The notes beneath the pieces are model-generated. The model searched no databases. It was given only the letters and a program-made list of their open reading frames with translations, and had not been told where the DNA came from. A stretch of DNA of 63,405 nt, the filler included, from Octopus bimaculoides (taxonomy: Eukaryota): assembly GCF_001194135.2 (NCBI RefSeq). It is 5 parts of 5 records of this genome, joined end to end, with 100 filler letters (N's around TTAATTAATTAA, not from the genome) between each part and the next. Parts side by side here need not be neighbours in the genome. Positions count along the whole stretch, not along the records: positions 52,377 to 63,405 come from NC_069006.1; 4 more parts are not named here. One strand, given 5' to 3'. This document shows positions 63,110-63,405 of this stretch, one piece after another (position 1 is the stretch's first letter; the number at the start of each line of letters is the position of its first letter). The translations under genes and the position numbers were made by a program.

Positions 63110-63405
63110 GGCGTAGGAGTGGCTGTGTGGTAAGTAGCTTGCTTACCAACCACATGGTTCTGGGTTCAGTCCCACTGCGTGGCACCTTGGGCAAGTGTCT
63201 TCTACTTTAGCCTCGGGCCGACCAAAGCCTTGTGAATCGATTTGGTAGACGGAAACTGAAAGAAGCCCATCGTATATATGTATATATATGTATGTGTGTG
63301 TATATGTTTGCGTGTCTGTGTTTGTCCCCCCAACATCGCTTGACAACCGATGGTGGTGTGTTTACGTCCCCATAACTTAGCGGTTCGGCAAAAGAGACCG
63401 ATAGA
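63110..63405 (+). mobile_element. SINE family A, near consensus, running to the window end
   Basis: GGCGTAGGAGTGGCTGTGTGGTAAGTAGCTTGC head, core and internal microsatellite. Confidence 0.9.

Overview
AT-rich, repeat-dominated animal genomic DNA. The SINE/LINE/MITE families match my recollection of octopus repeats (inference, no database search). I can support no intact host protein-coding gene, rRNA, tRNA gene or CRISPR array. Four identical artificial 100-bp linkers (44 N + TTAATTAATTAA + 44 N) split the window into five blocks: 1-15878, 15979-21532, 21633-47035, 47136-52276, 52377-63405. These may not be neighbours in vivo. Recognisable content is decayed mobile DNA: a DD37D Tc1/mariner relic, three Penelope-like GIY-YIG relics, two Tx1/L1 ORF2 relics, two RTE LINE copies plus several RTE 3' ends, a Mag-type Gypsy LTR+gag, solo LTRs, a Helitron helicase relic, a Helentron-type element, hAT, piggyBac-type, Tigger and mariner MITEs, many tRNA-derived SINEs and microsatellites. 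Most interesting: (1) a minimal type I hammerhead ribozyme with a solo LTR inserted into its stem I; (2) a tandemly duplicated LTR-end plus tRNA-Trp primer-binding site; (3) hairpin-repeat arrays in the RTE 3' UTR; (4) strong CpG depletion in two of the five blocks, suggesting gene-body-methylated introns of an unseen gene. None of these is shown to be a new biological system; they are leads to test.
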